This document shows, piece by piece, positions 16,412 through 25,464 of a stretch of 32,000 nt of DNA. Under the pieces are notes generated by a model that saw only the letters and a program-made list of their open reading frames with translations, did no database searches and was not told where the DNA came from. The DNA lies in the NCBI RefSeq assembly GCF_000008645.1, contig NC_000916.1, forward strand, positions 1,320,001-1,352,000, in the 5' to 3' direction. The translations under genes were made by a program, and so were the position numbers. How positions within the stretch are numbered: the first letter of the stretch is position 1; each line of letters opens with the position of its first letter. Origin of the DNA: Methanothermobacter thermautotrophicus str. Delta H. GTDB taxonomy: Archaea > Methanobacteriota > Methanobacteria > Methanobacteriales > Methanothermobacteraceae.

Positions 16412-17203
16412 ATGATATCTGAAATCATCGAGTTCCTTGAGAGCAACTTCTTTTACCTGCACCCTGGTTACACACCACTGAACACGGTCGTATTCGGGAT
16501 TGTACTCGGAATAGCTGTTCTGATAATACTCAGGATGTTCAGATGGCTTAAAAAGGATCCAGGCGAGCTACTTGTGCCCCTGCTTCCCTTCATATTCCTG
16601 GGCTCCGGTGCAAGGGCCCTTGTTGATAACGGGATATACCCGCTAACACACCTTCTGGTAACCCCGGGCATATACATCCTTGTGGGCCTTACAACCATAG
16701 CAACACTAATAGCCGCGGTTAAACTTGAGGAGACCCGTGGCTGGGATTACAGGAAACTTATATTTGCCACGGGCTCTGTCCTCGCTGCGCCCAACCTCAT
16801 CAGCATACGTCACATAGATCCGGTACCCTTCCTCTCCGTCCTCGGAGTGTTCTCAGTTTTTTCAGCAGCATTTTACGCCCTGAGCTTGAGGTGGGAGTTC
16901 CTCCGGGGCAGGATGAACCTCCCTGTTATATATGCACACCTATTCGATGCATCCTCAACCTACGTTGCCGTTGACTGGTACGGCTATATAGAGCAGCATG
17001 TGCTGCCATCAGCCCTAACAGGCCTCACGGGCACTGCCATGGTCATGTTTCCCCTGAAGATGGCGGTTATACTGACGGCCCTCTATGCCATTGATAGATA
17101 CGTTGAGTCCGATATGGATTCAGAGGCCCTCAAGCTTGTGATATTTATACTGGGCCTTGCCCCGGGTCTCAGAAATTTCCTGAGCCTGAGCATGGCGGTT
17201 TAA
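16412..17203 (+). CDS. DUF63-family integral membrane protein
   Basis: 263 aa with about 7 TM helices. GGGGGAGTGA SD precedes the ATG. The family assignment comes from overall resemblance (archaeal DUF63) and is not verifiable here. Confidence 0.6.
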   Translation: MISEIIEFLESNFFYLHPGYTPLNTVVFGIVLGIAVLIILRMFRWLKKDPGELLVPLLPFIFLGSGARALVDNGIYPLTHLLVTPGIYILVGLTTIATLIAAVKLEETRGWDYRKLIFATGSVLAAPNLISIRHIDPVPFLSVLGVFSVFSAAFYALSLRWEFLRGRMNLPVIYAHLFDASSTYVAVDWYGYIEQHVLPSALTGLTGTAMVMFPLKMAVILTALYAIDRYVESDMDSEALKLVIFILGLAPGLRNFLSLSMAV

Positions 17204-17242
17204 TGGTTTTCTGTAAATTACCTGGCACCCGGGAACCCGGGT

Positions 17243-17270
17243 TATAACTTATAAGATATAACTTATAACA
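17243..17270. repeat. Tandem 14-bp direct repeat TATAACTTATAA(GA/CA) x2 upstream of the leuA-like gene
   Basis: TATAACTTATAA at 17243-17254 and 17257-17268, 12/12 identical. Preceded by the palindromic hairpin ACCCGGG-AA-CCCGGGT (17227-17242). Located 75-100 nt upstream of the first possible start, 17346. Confidence 0.55.
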
Positions 17271-17345
17271 TACTGTGTGTAAAAGCTTTTAATTGTAGCC
17301 CACAGAAATTTAAGCAGATAAAATGCCAGACCACGGGGAATCAAG

Positions 17346-18863
17346 ATGTACATAGAAGAGGTTAAAGGAGAAATGAATCTCCCGGAGAATGTCAGGATAT
17401 TTGACACAACACTGAGGGATGGTGAACAGACACCTGGAGTGGCCCTCACAGTGGAGGAAAAGACGGGTATAGCAAGGAAGCTCGACGCCCTTGGAGTCGA
17501 TACAATCGAGGCAGGGTTCCCTGCAGCATCTCCAGGTGAAATGAACTCCATAAGGAGAATAGTTGAACTCGGACTTGAAGCAAATATCTGTGGTTTGGCA
17601 AGGGTGCTCCGTGAGGACATAGACGCGGCAATAGACTGTGGAGTTGATTACATACACACCTTCATAGGGACATCACCACTCCACCGGGAATACAAGCTCA
17701 AAATGTCCCCTGATGAGATAATAGACAGGGCGGTCTTTGGAGTGGAATATGCGGCTGAACATGGCCTGAAGGTTGAGTTCTCTGCGGAGGATGCAACAAG
17801 GACTGAATTTGATTACCTGGTTGAGGTATACCGTGCAGCCGAGGATGCCGGTGCCGAGATCATAAACGTCCCGGATACCGTCGGGGTCATGATACCCCGG
17901 GCCATGAACCACCTGGTATCCCGGCTTAAGGAGGAACTCAGGGTACCCATAAGCGTGCACTGTCACAATGACTTCGGCCTGGCAGTCGCCAACTCCCTTG
18001 CAGCGGTGGAGGCCGGGGCATCACAGGTACATGCAACAGTGAATGGTCTCGGTGAAAGGGCAGGAAACGCTGCCCTTGAGGAGGTTGTAATGGCCCTCAT
18101 AACCAGGTATGACCTCCCGGTGGATATAAGAACCGTGGAACTCGTCAACATCTCAGAATTCGTCTCAAAGATAACCGGTGTCAGGATGCCCCCCAACAAG
18201 GCCATAGTCGGTGAAAACGCCTTTGCACATGAAGCCGGCATACACGTGCATGGAGTCCTTGAAAAGGCTGAAACCTATGAACCAATAACCCCTGAGATGG
18301 TGGGCCACAAGAGGAGGATAGTCCTTGGTAAACACACAGGAGCCAACGCCCTCAGATCAAAGCTCCAGGAATACGGAATAGAGATGAAGGAGGAACAGTT
18401 CTGCACACTCTATGAACAGGTCAAGAGGCTTGGAGATAAGGGTAAGAGGATCACGGATGCTGATCTGAGGGCCATGGCCGTCACCATCCTTGGAAAGGCC
18501 AGCAGGGAAATAGTGAAGCTGGAGGGCATAGCAGTCATGACAGGGGAGAGTGTGATGCCAACAGCCACAGTTAAGCTCAGAATCGGTGACGAGGTCAAGA
18601 CAACATCCATGACAGGGGTTGGACCTGTAGATGCTGCAATAAACGCCATACAAAGCCTTGTAAGTGAAACAGCAGACATAGAACTCGATGAATACAACAT
18701 AGAGGCCATAACTGGTGGTACAAACGCACTTGCAGAGGTCTTCGTTGTCATGAGTGACGGGGAGGGTAACAAGGCCACAGGAAGGTCCACCAGGGAGGAC
18801 ATAGTCATGGCGAGTGTTGAGGCAGTACTGGACGCCATAAACAAGATTCTGAGCCTTAAATAG
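17346..18863 (+). CDS. leuA: 2-isopropylmalate synthase family (LeuA / citramalate synthase CimA type, with C-terminal LeuA-dimer regulatory domain)
   Basis: 505 aa: [54 protein letters not shown], and a C-terminal ACT-like LeuA regulatory domain. An alternative start is at 17373 (MNLPENV). LeuA versus CimA cannot be decided from sequence. leuA is my recollection for this locus in Methanothermobacter. Confidence 0.8.
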
Positions 18864-18886
18864 AAAAGTGATTGAGCTGGTATGAT

Positions 18887-20080
18887 ATGGGGCCAGTTTC
18901 AACCTGCAAGCTCTTCGGTGCCGTGAGGGCGGTGACAGGCATAAAAAATGCAGTACCCCTCATCCATGGCCCCAGGGGATGCGCATACCATATAGGCTAT
19001 CTACTCACAGCCAGGGGCGGGCGGAGGATAGCTGTGGCATCAACAGAACTATCAGAATCAGACGTGGTCTTCGGAGCATCAGAGAAACTCAGGGACAGGA
19101 TAATAGAGGTTGACAGGACACGAAAACCTGATATCATAGTAATTATGAGTTCCTGTGCAACCAGCATAATCGGAGAGGATATAGGGCGGGTTGCAGATGA
19201 GACCTCAGAACTCGTGGACGCGGAGCTCATAACCGTCAGTGCCGGTGGATTTGAATCCAGTCAGGGTGAGGGATATGAGGAGGTGATGATGGCACTCATC
19301 CATAAATTCTGCTGGAGGATGGAGCCATCATCTAAGCCTTCAGTCAACATAATAGGTGAATTCAGGGGCGGAGCCGACCTCAGGGAGGTCAGGGAGTCCC
19401 TATCATTGATGGGGGTGGATGTGAACTGTGTCCTGACATCAGGATGCAGCATCAGGGACATGACCATGATCCCGGCGGGCCACCTCAACTGCTCCTTCTG
19501 TGATGTCTCGGGTATCGCCCCCTGCCGCTTCCTTGAGGAGAACTTCGGGACACCCTTCATCCACCACCCCATCCCCATAGGTTTTTCAAATTCACTCAGA
19601 TTTTACAGGGAGGTTCTCGGGTATCTCAACCTCGATTATCCCATAAATGAGGAATTCTCAGCTTTTATCGAGGAGAGGGATCGAATAAGGGCTGAACTTG
19701 AGGGTCTGAGGGTGGCGGTAGTTTCAGGACCAACAAGGGCCGTTGCACTCACAGAATTCATAACTGAACTGCGGATGAAGCCAGTTCTTGTATCAATGGA
19801 TATGATAGGTGATTACACACTGGAAAACCTTAGAGGGGTGCCTGGATTGAGGTCAGAGATACTTGTCGGGGTCGATGTTTCTGATATTGAGGAGGCCATC
19901 ATCAGGACTGAACCCGAACTGATACTGGGAGGCCTTGCAGAGACCCGCATATCTGAGGTTTCAGGGGCACCCCTCATCGATGTTATGCATGGATCCAGCC
20001 TCACAGCAGGTTTCAGGGGGGCTGTTAACCTTGGTGCTAGAATGTGCGGGGCTGTTTATGGGGATCATGATTGTTATTAA
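18887..20080 (+). CDS. Nitrogenase component-1 (NifD/E/K/N)-like oxidoreductase, stand-alone Nfl-type; candidate Ni-sirohydrochlorin a,c-diamide reductive cyclase subunit (CfbD-like)
   Basis: The track ORF starts at TTG 18872; the first ATG is 18887. CKLFGAVRAV, LIHGPRGCAYH and MSSCATSIIGEDI correspond to the three P-cluster-type Cys positions of NifD/E-like proteins. There is no adjacent NifH-like or second NifDK-like gene. Starts 9-24 nt after the leuA-like stop. Confidence 0.65.
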   Translation: MGPVSTCKLFGAVRAVTGIKNAVPLIHGPRGCAYHIGYLLTARGGRRIAVASTELSESDVVFGASEKLRDRIIEVDRTRKPDIIVIMSSCATSIIGEDIGRVADETSELVDAELITVSAGGFESSQGEGYEEVMMALIHKFCWRMEPSSKPSVNIIGEFRGGADLREVRESLSLMGVDVNCVLTSGCSIRDMTMIPAGHLNCSFCDVSGIAPCRFLEENFGTPFIHHPIPIGFSNSLRFYREVLGYLNLDYPINEEFSAFIEERDRIRAELEGLRVAVVSGPTRAVALTEFITELRMKPVLVSMDMIGDYTLENLRGVPGLRSEILVGVDVSDIEEAIIRTEPELILGGLAETRISEVSGAPLIDVMHGSSLTAGFRGAVNLGARMCGAVYGDHDCY

Positions 20081-20100
20081 ATTTTTCAGTTACCATATCA

Positions 20101-20113
20101 CAAAGTTTATATA
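20101..20113 (+). promoter_or_regulatory. Canonical archaeal BRE/TATA (CAAAG-TTTATATA) for the Alba gene
   Basis: TTTATATA at 20106-20113 with a purine-rich BRE just upstream, 47 nt before ATG 20160. GGAGGT SD at 20148-20153. Confidence 0.6.
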
Positions 20114-20159
20114 ATCTTGGGTTTCTATCTTTATTACAGACACTCTTGGAGGTTAAGTG

Positions 20160-20435
20160 ATGTCAGAGGAGAATGTAGTATACATCGGAAACAAGCCTGT
20201 AATGAACTATGTTCTGGCCGTGGTTACTCAGATGAACGGTGGGACCAGTGAAGTGATCCTTAAAGCCCGTGGAATAGCCATAAGCCGGGCTGTTGACGTT
20301 GCAGAGATTGTAAGGAACCGCTTCATACCAGACATACAGATAGAGAACATCGACATATGCACAGAGGAGATCATTGGTAACGAGGGAACCGCTACCAATG
20401 TTTCAGCAATAGAAATTCAGCTCCGAAAGGATTAA
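20160..20435 (+). CDS. albA: Alba / Sac10b-family chromatin (DNA/RNA-binding) protein homolog
   Basis: [47 protein letters not shown] ... [10 protein letters not shown] aligns along its whole length with Sso10b/Alba. ATG 20160 has better SD spacing than the GTG 20157 used by the track. Confidence 0.9.
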
Positions 20436-20445
20436 AAATATAAAA

Positions 20446-20471
20446 GATGGAAGCCACAGGTTTCCATTTTT
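20446..20471 (+). terminator. Hairpin ATGGAA-N9-TTCCAT running into a T6 run; Alba terminator
   Basis: 6-bp stem at 20446-20451 / 20461-20466, then TTTTTT through 20471. Located 10 nt after the stop codon. Confidence 0.55.
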
Positions 20472-20544
20472 TATATTTTATTATCAAAGGTTGCAGTGAC
20501 CTCTGATTAATCATTTAAGGGTTTTTACGTGCAGTCAATTTTAA

Positions 20545-21486
20545 TTACTCTTTTTTAACCCAGAGGACCTGCTTTGGGCATGCTGAGAGGTCCCTGAATT
20601 TACTGTTGAGGAATTCAACCTTCATGATATCAATCCTTATGACATTCATATCAATGTTCAGATCCTTCACTGCATCCGGGTTGAGACCCCTCAGCTTATA
20701 AACATGTTCAGCATCCTTTCCATGGAGTATGCTGGCAGCACCCGTTATCTGCATCCCTGCAAGGTCGCTCATGGATGTGTAGTCCTCGTATACTGCAACT
20801 GAAACCCGTTCATTCTCGGGGAGACCTGCAAATTTCTCACCACCCTCACTGATTATGAGGAGGGAATCCCCATCATATATGTACTCAAGGGGTGTGGCCC
20901 GTGGCTGTCCTCCATGGCAGGTTGCAAGGGTGCAGGTGTTGTGTGATCTGAGGAATTCGTCAATGAATCCACGGAGTTCACCCTCATCAATGGAGGTCAT
21001 GAGGGAGTCACGGATGTCCCTCAGTTCAAGTGCAAATTCAGTGACCTCCCCTTTATCCAGGAGATCAACGTCACTCAACTCAATACCGGTGACCTCAGAG
21101 AACGCCTGGAGATCAGCAAGGTCCTCCTCTGAAAGTTCGCCGAGTTTCATACGTCCACCAAGCGCCCGGGAATATATGCTACCTCCGATAAGATCTTCAA
21201 CTTCCTTAATGGCTCTCAGACCATCCTCTCTACTCAGGGAAACTGAGAAGAGTGCCACGGGTTTCTCCCTGAGCCATGGGTTTTCCCTTATAAAATCAGT
21301 TATTCGTGGGTGCATTCTCCCCCGGTAGACACCGGATCCAATTACAAAGAATTCAAAGTCCCTGAAGGGCTCCTGGAATTCAGGGACCCTGCAGCACCTC
21401 GATGGTCCAAGTATCATCCCGGTTTTAGATGCAACCTCCTCTGTGGACCCATAGGTGCTCTCATAGATTATGAGTGTCCTGAACAT
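20545..21486 (-). CDS. Fusion protein: N-terminal flavodoxin-like domain plus C-terminal pyridoxamine-5'-phosphate-oxidase-like (split beta-barrel FMN-binding) domain
   Basis: 313 aa. MFRTLIIYESTYGSTEEVA is a flavodoxin_5/HemG-like start. The C-terminal half, ..NTCTLATCHGGQPRATPLEYIYDGDSLLIISEGGEKF..VSVAVYED.., resembles the PNPOx-like family. Confidence 0.65.
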   Translation of the reverse strand: MFRTLIIYESTYGSTEEVASKTGMILGPSRCCRVPEFQEPFRDFEFFVIGSGVYRGRMHPRITDFIRENPWLREKPVALFSVSLSREDGLRAIKEVEDLIGGSIYSRALGGRMKLGELSEEDLADLQAFSEVTGIELSDVDLLDKGEVTEFALELRDIRDSLMTSIDEGELRGFIDEFLRSHNTCTLATCHGGQPRATPLEYIYDGDSLLIISEGGEKFAGLPENERVSVAVYEDYTSMSDLAGMQITGAASILHGKDAEHVYKLRGLNPDAVKDLNIDMNVIRIDIMKVEFLNSKFRDLSACPKQVLWVKKE

Positions 21487-21521
21487 CGGATTATCCCCCT
21501 TTAAAAATTAAAATGGGTATT

Positions 21522-22733
21522 TTATCTTCTTCCTGCAACCTTCCTGAGTCCGATAACAGCTCCGGCGATTACAAGGATCACTGCAATGATGTAGTAGGCG
21601 AATACTGAGGTAGGAGCCTCCTTCTTCTTGGAGTCAAGGGCGTATATGTATCCGTTTTCGGTTGCAAAGTAGACTGTCTTGCCGTAGACCACTGGAGAGG
21701 AACTCACAGGTGAGCTGAAGAGGTAGTAGCCTGGGGAGTAGCTCCACTCCTCCCTGCCACTGTACTTGTTGAGGATGTAGAGTGTCCCGTCATCTGATCC
21801 CACCGCTATCATGTTCTCAAAGAGAGCCGGTGTTGAACGTACAGGGGCACCGGTATGGAATGACCATTTCAGGGCACCGGTCCTGGTGTCCAGGGATGTG
21901 ATGTTCCCGTCATCGCATCCAATGAAGACACTGTTCTCCTCTGTGTCAACTGATGGGGAGGAATATACACGGTCGCCGAGGCTGTACTTCCAGATCACAT
22001 TCCCATCTGACTCTGATAGGGCGTAGATGTTCCCGTCATCTGACCCCACATAGACTGTCCCATTCCAGAAGGCTGGTGAGGATCTTATGGCGTCCCCTGA
22101 CGTGTAACTCCATACTTCGTTCCCGTCGGATTCTGAGAGGGCGTATACCTTACCATTGAATGAACCCACATATAAGGTGCCATTCACAGGGAGGGGTGAT
22201 GATTTAACGGCGTCCCCGGTGTAGAACTCCCACTTCTTGGAGCCATCGTCTCTGTCCACAGCGTATACCCTGCAGTCATCAGATCCAATATAGACGGTGT
22301 CCCCGCTCACTGCAGGTGATGATTCTATCCTGTTACCTGTTTTGAATTTCCATTCAAGGTCTCCGGTGTCTGTGTCTATTGCATAGAGGTATCCATCCCA
22401 GGAACCCACAAATACGGTCCCATTTACAACCACCGGCGATGAGACGATGGCACCCTCTGTTTTGTAGCTCCAGACCACGGACCCGGTCTCAAGGTTCACT
22501 GCATAGAGCCTCCCATCAAGGGATCCTATGTAGGCCACCTTGTTGAATATGGCCGGGGATGACTTTATACCCCCAATGGAGAGGTACCATGTCTTTGCAG
22601 AGAAGTCGCTTGGCTCCTTTGCATAACCTGTGTGCTGTTCGTCTCCATGGAATACCGGCCAGTCAGCTGCTGATACAGGACTGAGGATCATCCCAAGGAT
22701 TATGAGTGCCGCGATTAAACCTTTTCTCATCAT
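21522..22733 (-). CDS. Secreted, C-terminally membrane-anchored 8-bladed PQQ-like (BamB/YxaL-type) beta-propeller protein
   Basis: GGTGAT SD 4 nt before ATG 22733. Signal peptide MMRKGLIAALIILGMILSPVSAADW. Eight roughly 40-aa repeats of the form G.(L/V/I)YA(V/I/L)D...G...W.(F/Y). Two adjacent blades are near-identical (YALSESDGNEVWSY and YALSESDGNVIWKY). C-terminal TM FAYYIIAVILVIAGAVIGL followed by RKVAGRR. Confidence 0.85.
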   Translation of the reverse strand: MMRKGLIAALIILGMILSPVSAADWPVFHGDEQHTGYAKEPSDFSAKTWYLSIGGIKSSPAIFNKVAYIGSLDGRLYAVNLETGSVVWSYKTEGAIVSSPVVVNGTVFVGSWDGYLYAIDTDTGDLEWKFKTGNRIESSPAVSGDTVYIGSDDCRVYAVDRDDGSKKWEFYTGDAVKSSPLPVNGTLYVGSFNGKVYALSESDGNEVWSYTSGDAIRSSPAFWNGTVYVGSDDGNIYALSESDGNVIWKYSLGDRVYSSPSVDTEENSVFIGCDDGNITSLDTRTGALKWSFHTGAPVRSTPALFENMIAVGSDDGTLYILNKYSGREEWSYSPGYYLFSSPVSSSPVVYGKTVYFATENGYIYALDSKKKEAPTSVFAYYIIAVILVIAGAVIGLRKVAGRR

Positions 22734-22760
22734 TTCTATCACCACATTAAACTAATTACA

Positions 22761-23912
22761 TTAAATGTCCCTGTTGAAACGGGTAACACCCATCGCAAAG
22801 AACAGGAGGGTGAATCCACCAAGCACAAGGAGGTTAACCATTATGTCCCCAGCACCGGCGCCCTTTAGCATGACTGCCCGGAGGGCATTGTTGGCATAGG
22901 TGAGGGGGACTACGTAGGCTATCTTCTGGAATATCCAGGGCATGGTCTCAATGGGGTAGAACACCCCTGATACGAACATCATGGGCATGGCGAAGGGCAT
23001 GACCATCTGCATGTAGTCCTCCTGGGTCCCCACCCTGGCTGATATCATTATACCAAAGCCGACAAAGCAGAGGGCCGTCAGTATCAGTAGCAGGACCGTC
23101 AGGAGCATGCTACCATTTATCTTGATACCGAAGAGAAGAATTGCAATGAAGAGCAGGAGAAGGGCCCTTCCACTTTCTATCACAAGCTTTGAGATTATCT
23201 TACCTCCCACAACTGTGGCTACACTTGTGGGGGTCATGAAGAGCCTTGCAAGCTCTCCCCTTTCCCGTTCACCCGCAATGGACTGACCCATTCCAAACAT
23301 GCAGGAGAACATTATGGTCATGGCCAGTATGGCGGGCACAAGGAAGTCCATGTACTTGACGTCCCCGTAGATTCTGTCAATCTGGAGGTTTATGGTGCTG
23401 ACCATGCTCTGGAAACCTGAACTTGGAGTTGAATTCTGTGCATTCATGGATGTGCCCTGCATCCTCTCCACAGCAAGCTGCCCGGATAGCTTGCTGAAGA
23501 GGGCCTGTGTTGCCGGTACAAGGGCCTGGCTTGCCAGCTGATCCGAGGAGTCAAGGTACATGACCACGGTGGGCTCCGATGATGTGAGGTTATCATAGTT
23601 AGGTGGCAGTATTATGGCTGCCTTGACCTCCCCGGCGTCCACCATATCCCTGGCGATCTCCGGGTCCTTCAGGATATCCTTTATATCATAGAGGCTCATG
23701 TTCCTCATGGCATCAACGGTCTGGTCTGTCACCGGACCGCTGCTCTGTTCCACTATAACCACGGGTATATTCTCAAGGGTACCGCCCATACCATAACCGA
23801 AGAGGGTTATCATCAGTATGGGGAACAGTATGATGGATATGAGGCGCGGTTTGTGCCTCCAGAGGACTATCAGGTCCTTCTTAAGCATCCACATAACCTT
23901 TTTCATTTCCAT
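22761..23912 (-). CDS. ABC-2 type transporter permease
   Basis: 383 aa. One N-terminal TM, a large extracytoplasmic loop (about 130 aa), then 5 clustered TM helices, which is the ABC-2/YhhJ-type topology. Starts 5 nt after the ATPase stop. Confidence 0.8.
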   Translation of the reverse strand: MEMKKVMWMLKKDLIVLWRHKPRLISIILFPILMITLFGYGMGGTLENIPVVIVEQSSGPVTDQTVDAMRNMSLYDIKDILKDPEIARDMVDAGEVKAAIILPPNYDNLTSSEPTVVMYLDSSDQLASQALVPATQALFSKLSGQLAVERMQGTSMNAQNSTPSSGFQSMVSTINLQIDRIYGDVKYMDFLVPAILAMTIMFSCMFGMGQSIAGERERGELARLFMTPTSVATVVGGKIISKLVIESGRALLLLFIAILLFGIKINGSMLLTVLLLILTALCFVGFGIMISARVGTQEDYMQMVMPFAMPMMFVSGVFYPIETMPWIFQKIAYVVPLTYANNALRAVMLKGAGAGDIMVNLLVLGGFTLLFFAMGVTRFNRDI

Positions 23913-23917
23913 AACGG

Positions 23918-24970
23918 TTACCTCCCTGTAACCTTCATAAATACGTCCTCGAGTGAGGGGTCCTTTGTTGAAATTGAGGTTATCCTGGCGTTGTTCCTTA
24001 TAACAGCCGCCAGAACATCATTAACGGCAGTTTCGCATGTTTCATCGAGTTCAAGGATTATCCTTCCTGTATGGTGCTTCTTAACGTCCAGTGTAACCGG
24101 TAGGGCTTCCAGTTCAGATAGTAGATCATCTGTGAGGTTCACAATGAGCATGCTTATCTCCTTACCGGCACATATCCTCTCTGATTTCTTGATCTCCTGG
24201 ATGGCCCTTCTCTCGGATTCAGGCGTCTCCTTGTCGATCCTGTCCAGTATCCCACCGATCTCCTTTGCTCTGAGGGATTCCTCCTCCTTTATCACTGTGT
24301 CCTTGAGCCCCTGTGGAGTGTCAAAGGCGGCAAGAACGCCCTGATTTATTATCCCCACGTAGTCACAGAGGAGTTCCACCTCGTACATGTCGTGGGAGCA
24401 GAGTATGATGGTGTGACCGCTGCTGTTCAGTTCGTCTATGAGGTCCCAGAGCACCCGCTTGGTTGTCGGGTCCAGGCCGATTGTTGGTTCGTCCAGGAAG
24501 AGGATGTCTGGTTGATGTATGAGGCTTGCAACCAGTGACACCTTCTGCTGCTGGCCACCTGACATCTGCCCGACTGGCTTGTCTGCAGCGTATTTTATGT
24601 CCACAAGTTCCATGAGCTCCTCTATCCTTGATTCCTTCAGATCCTCGGGCATGCCATAGAAGTCTGCGCACATCTCCACGTTTTCCCTTGCTGTGAGGTC
24701 CTCGTATAGGCTTACCTTCTGGGGAACCATGCCTATCTGCTGCCGGACCTCATCGGGGTTTTTGAGTATATCATAACCTGCAACCCTGGCGGTCCCTGAG
24801 CTTGGCGGGATGAGACATGTGAGCATCTTTATGGTTGTTGTCTTCCCGGCCCCGTTGGGCCCCAGGAAACCAAAGATGGAGTTCTTCTCTATCTTCATGT
24901 TCAGGCTGTCCACCGCCTTGAAGTCCCCGTAGACCTTTGTGAGATCGAAGGTTTCTATCGCATATTTCAT
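23918..24970 (-). CDS. ABC transporter ATP-binding protein (DrrA/CcmA-like) with a roughly 110-aa C-terminal extension
   Basis: Walker A GPNGAGKTT, signature MSGGQQQK, Walker B ILFLDEPT, H-loop CSHD. Its start ATG overlaps the PadR stop (ATGA, 24967-24970). Confidence 0.9.
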   Translation of the reverse strand: MKYAIETFDLTKVYGDFKAVDSLNMKIEKNSIFGFLGPNGAGKTTTIKMLTCLIPPSSGTARVAGYDILKNPDEVRQQIGMVPQKVSLYEDLTARENVEMCADFYGMPEDLKESRIEELMELVDIKYAADKPVGQMSGGQQQKVSLVASLIHQPDILFLDEPTIGLDPTTKRVLWDLIDELNSSGHTIILCSHDMYEVELLCDYVGIINQGVLAAFDTPQGLKDTVIKEEESLRAKEIGGILDRIDKETPESERRAIQEIKKSERICAGKEISMLIVNLTDDLLSELEALPVTLDVKKHHTGRIILELDETCETAVNDVLAAVIRNNARITSISTKDPSLEDVFMKVTGR

Positions 24971-25464
24971 GTTTCATCCTCCCTTTCAGCGGGGAACATG
25001 TCATTCCAGAAGTCTTCCCATATCTTTGATACATGGTCCCTCATTATCTGCCGGATCCTCTCTATCGTCTTCTCACCGAGAGGGGTTATCTCATAGTATT
25101 TCACTCTTTTCTCACCGTGCATCTCCCAGCTGCCCTCTATCAGTCCCTTCCTTTCGAGGTCATGGAGTACCGGGTAGATTACGCTGGGTCCGGGCGGTTT
25201 TATGTTCTTGCAGTGCATGCCCTTGAATGAGTAGAATCTTTCAAGGCGTCGCATTATCTCGTAGCCATGTATTTTTTCCTTGCTTATCATCCAGAGGATC
25301 ATTGTCTTTCCAAATCCTCTCATGAAGCTTTTTATTATCTTTTCATCGAATTCACCCCCCTCACCGGTGAGGGGACCTTCTTCTGCGCACATAGAGTCAT
25401 CTCCAGAGAAACTGATGTTTTCATACACACAATATATCAGTTTTACGATATATCTATTTGCCAT
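24967..25464 (-). CDS. PadR-family winged-helix transcriptional regulator
   Basis: MILWMISKEKIHGYEIMRRLE...PGPSVIYPVLHDLERKGLIEGSWE..GEKRVKYYEITPLGE is the PadR wHTH signature. The likely real start is ATG 25392 (GGAGAT SD, 141 aa) rather than 25464. TTTATATA (minus) at 25481-25488. Confidence 0.8.
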   Translation of the reverse strand: MANRYIVKLIYCVYENISFSGDDSMCAEEGPLTGEGGEFDEKIIKSFMRGFGKTMILWMISKEKIHGYEIMRRLERFYSFKGMHCKNIKPPGPSVIYPVLHDLERKGLIEGSWEMHGEKRVKYYEITPLGEKTIERIRQIMRDHVSKIWEDFWNDMFPAEREDET

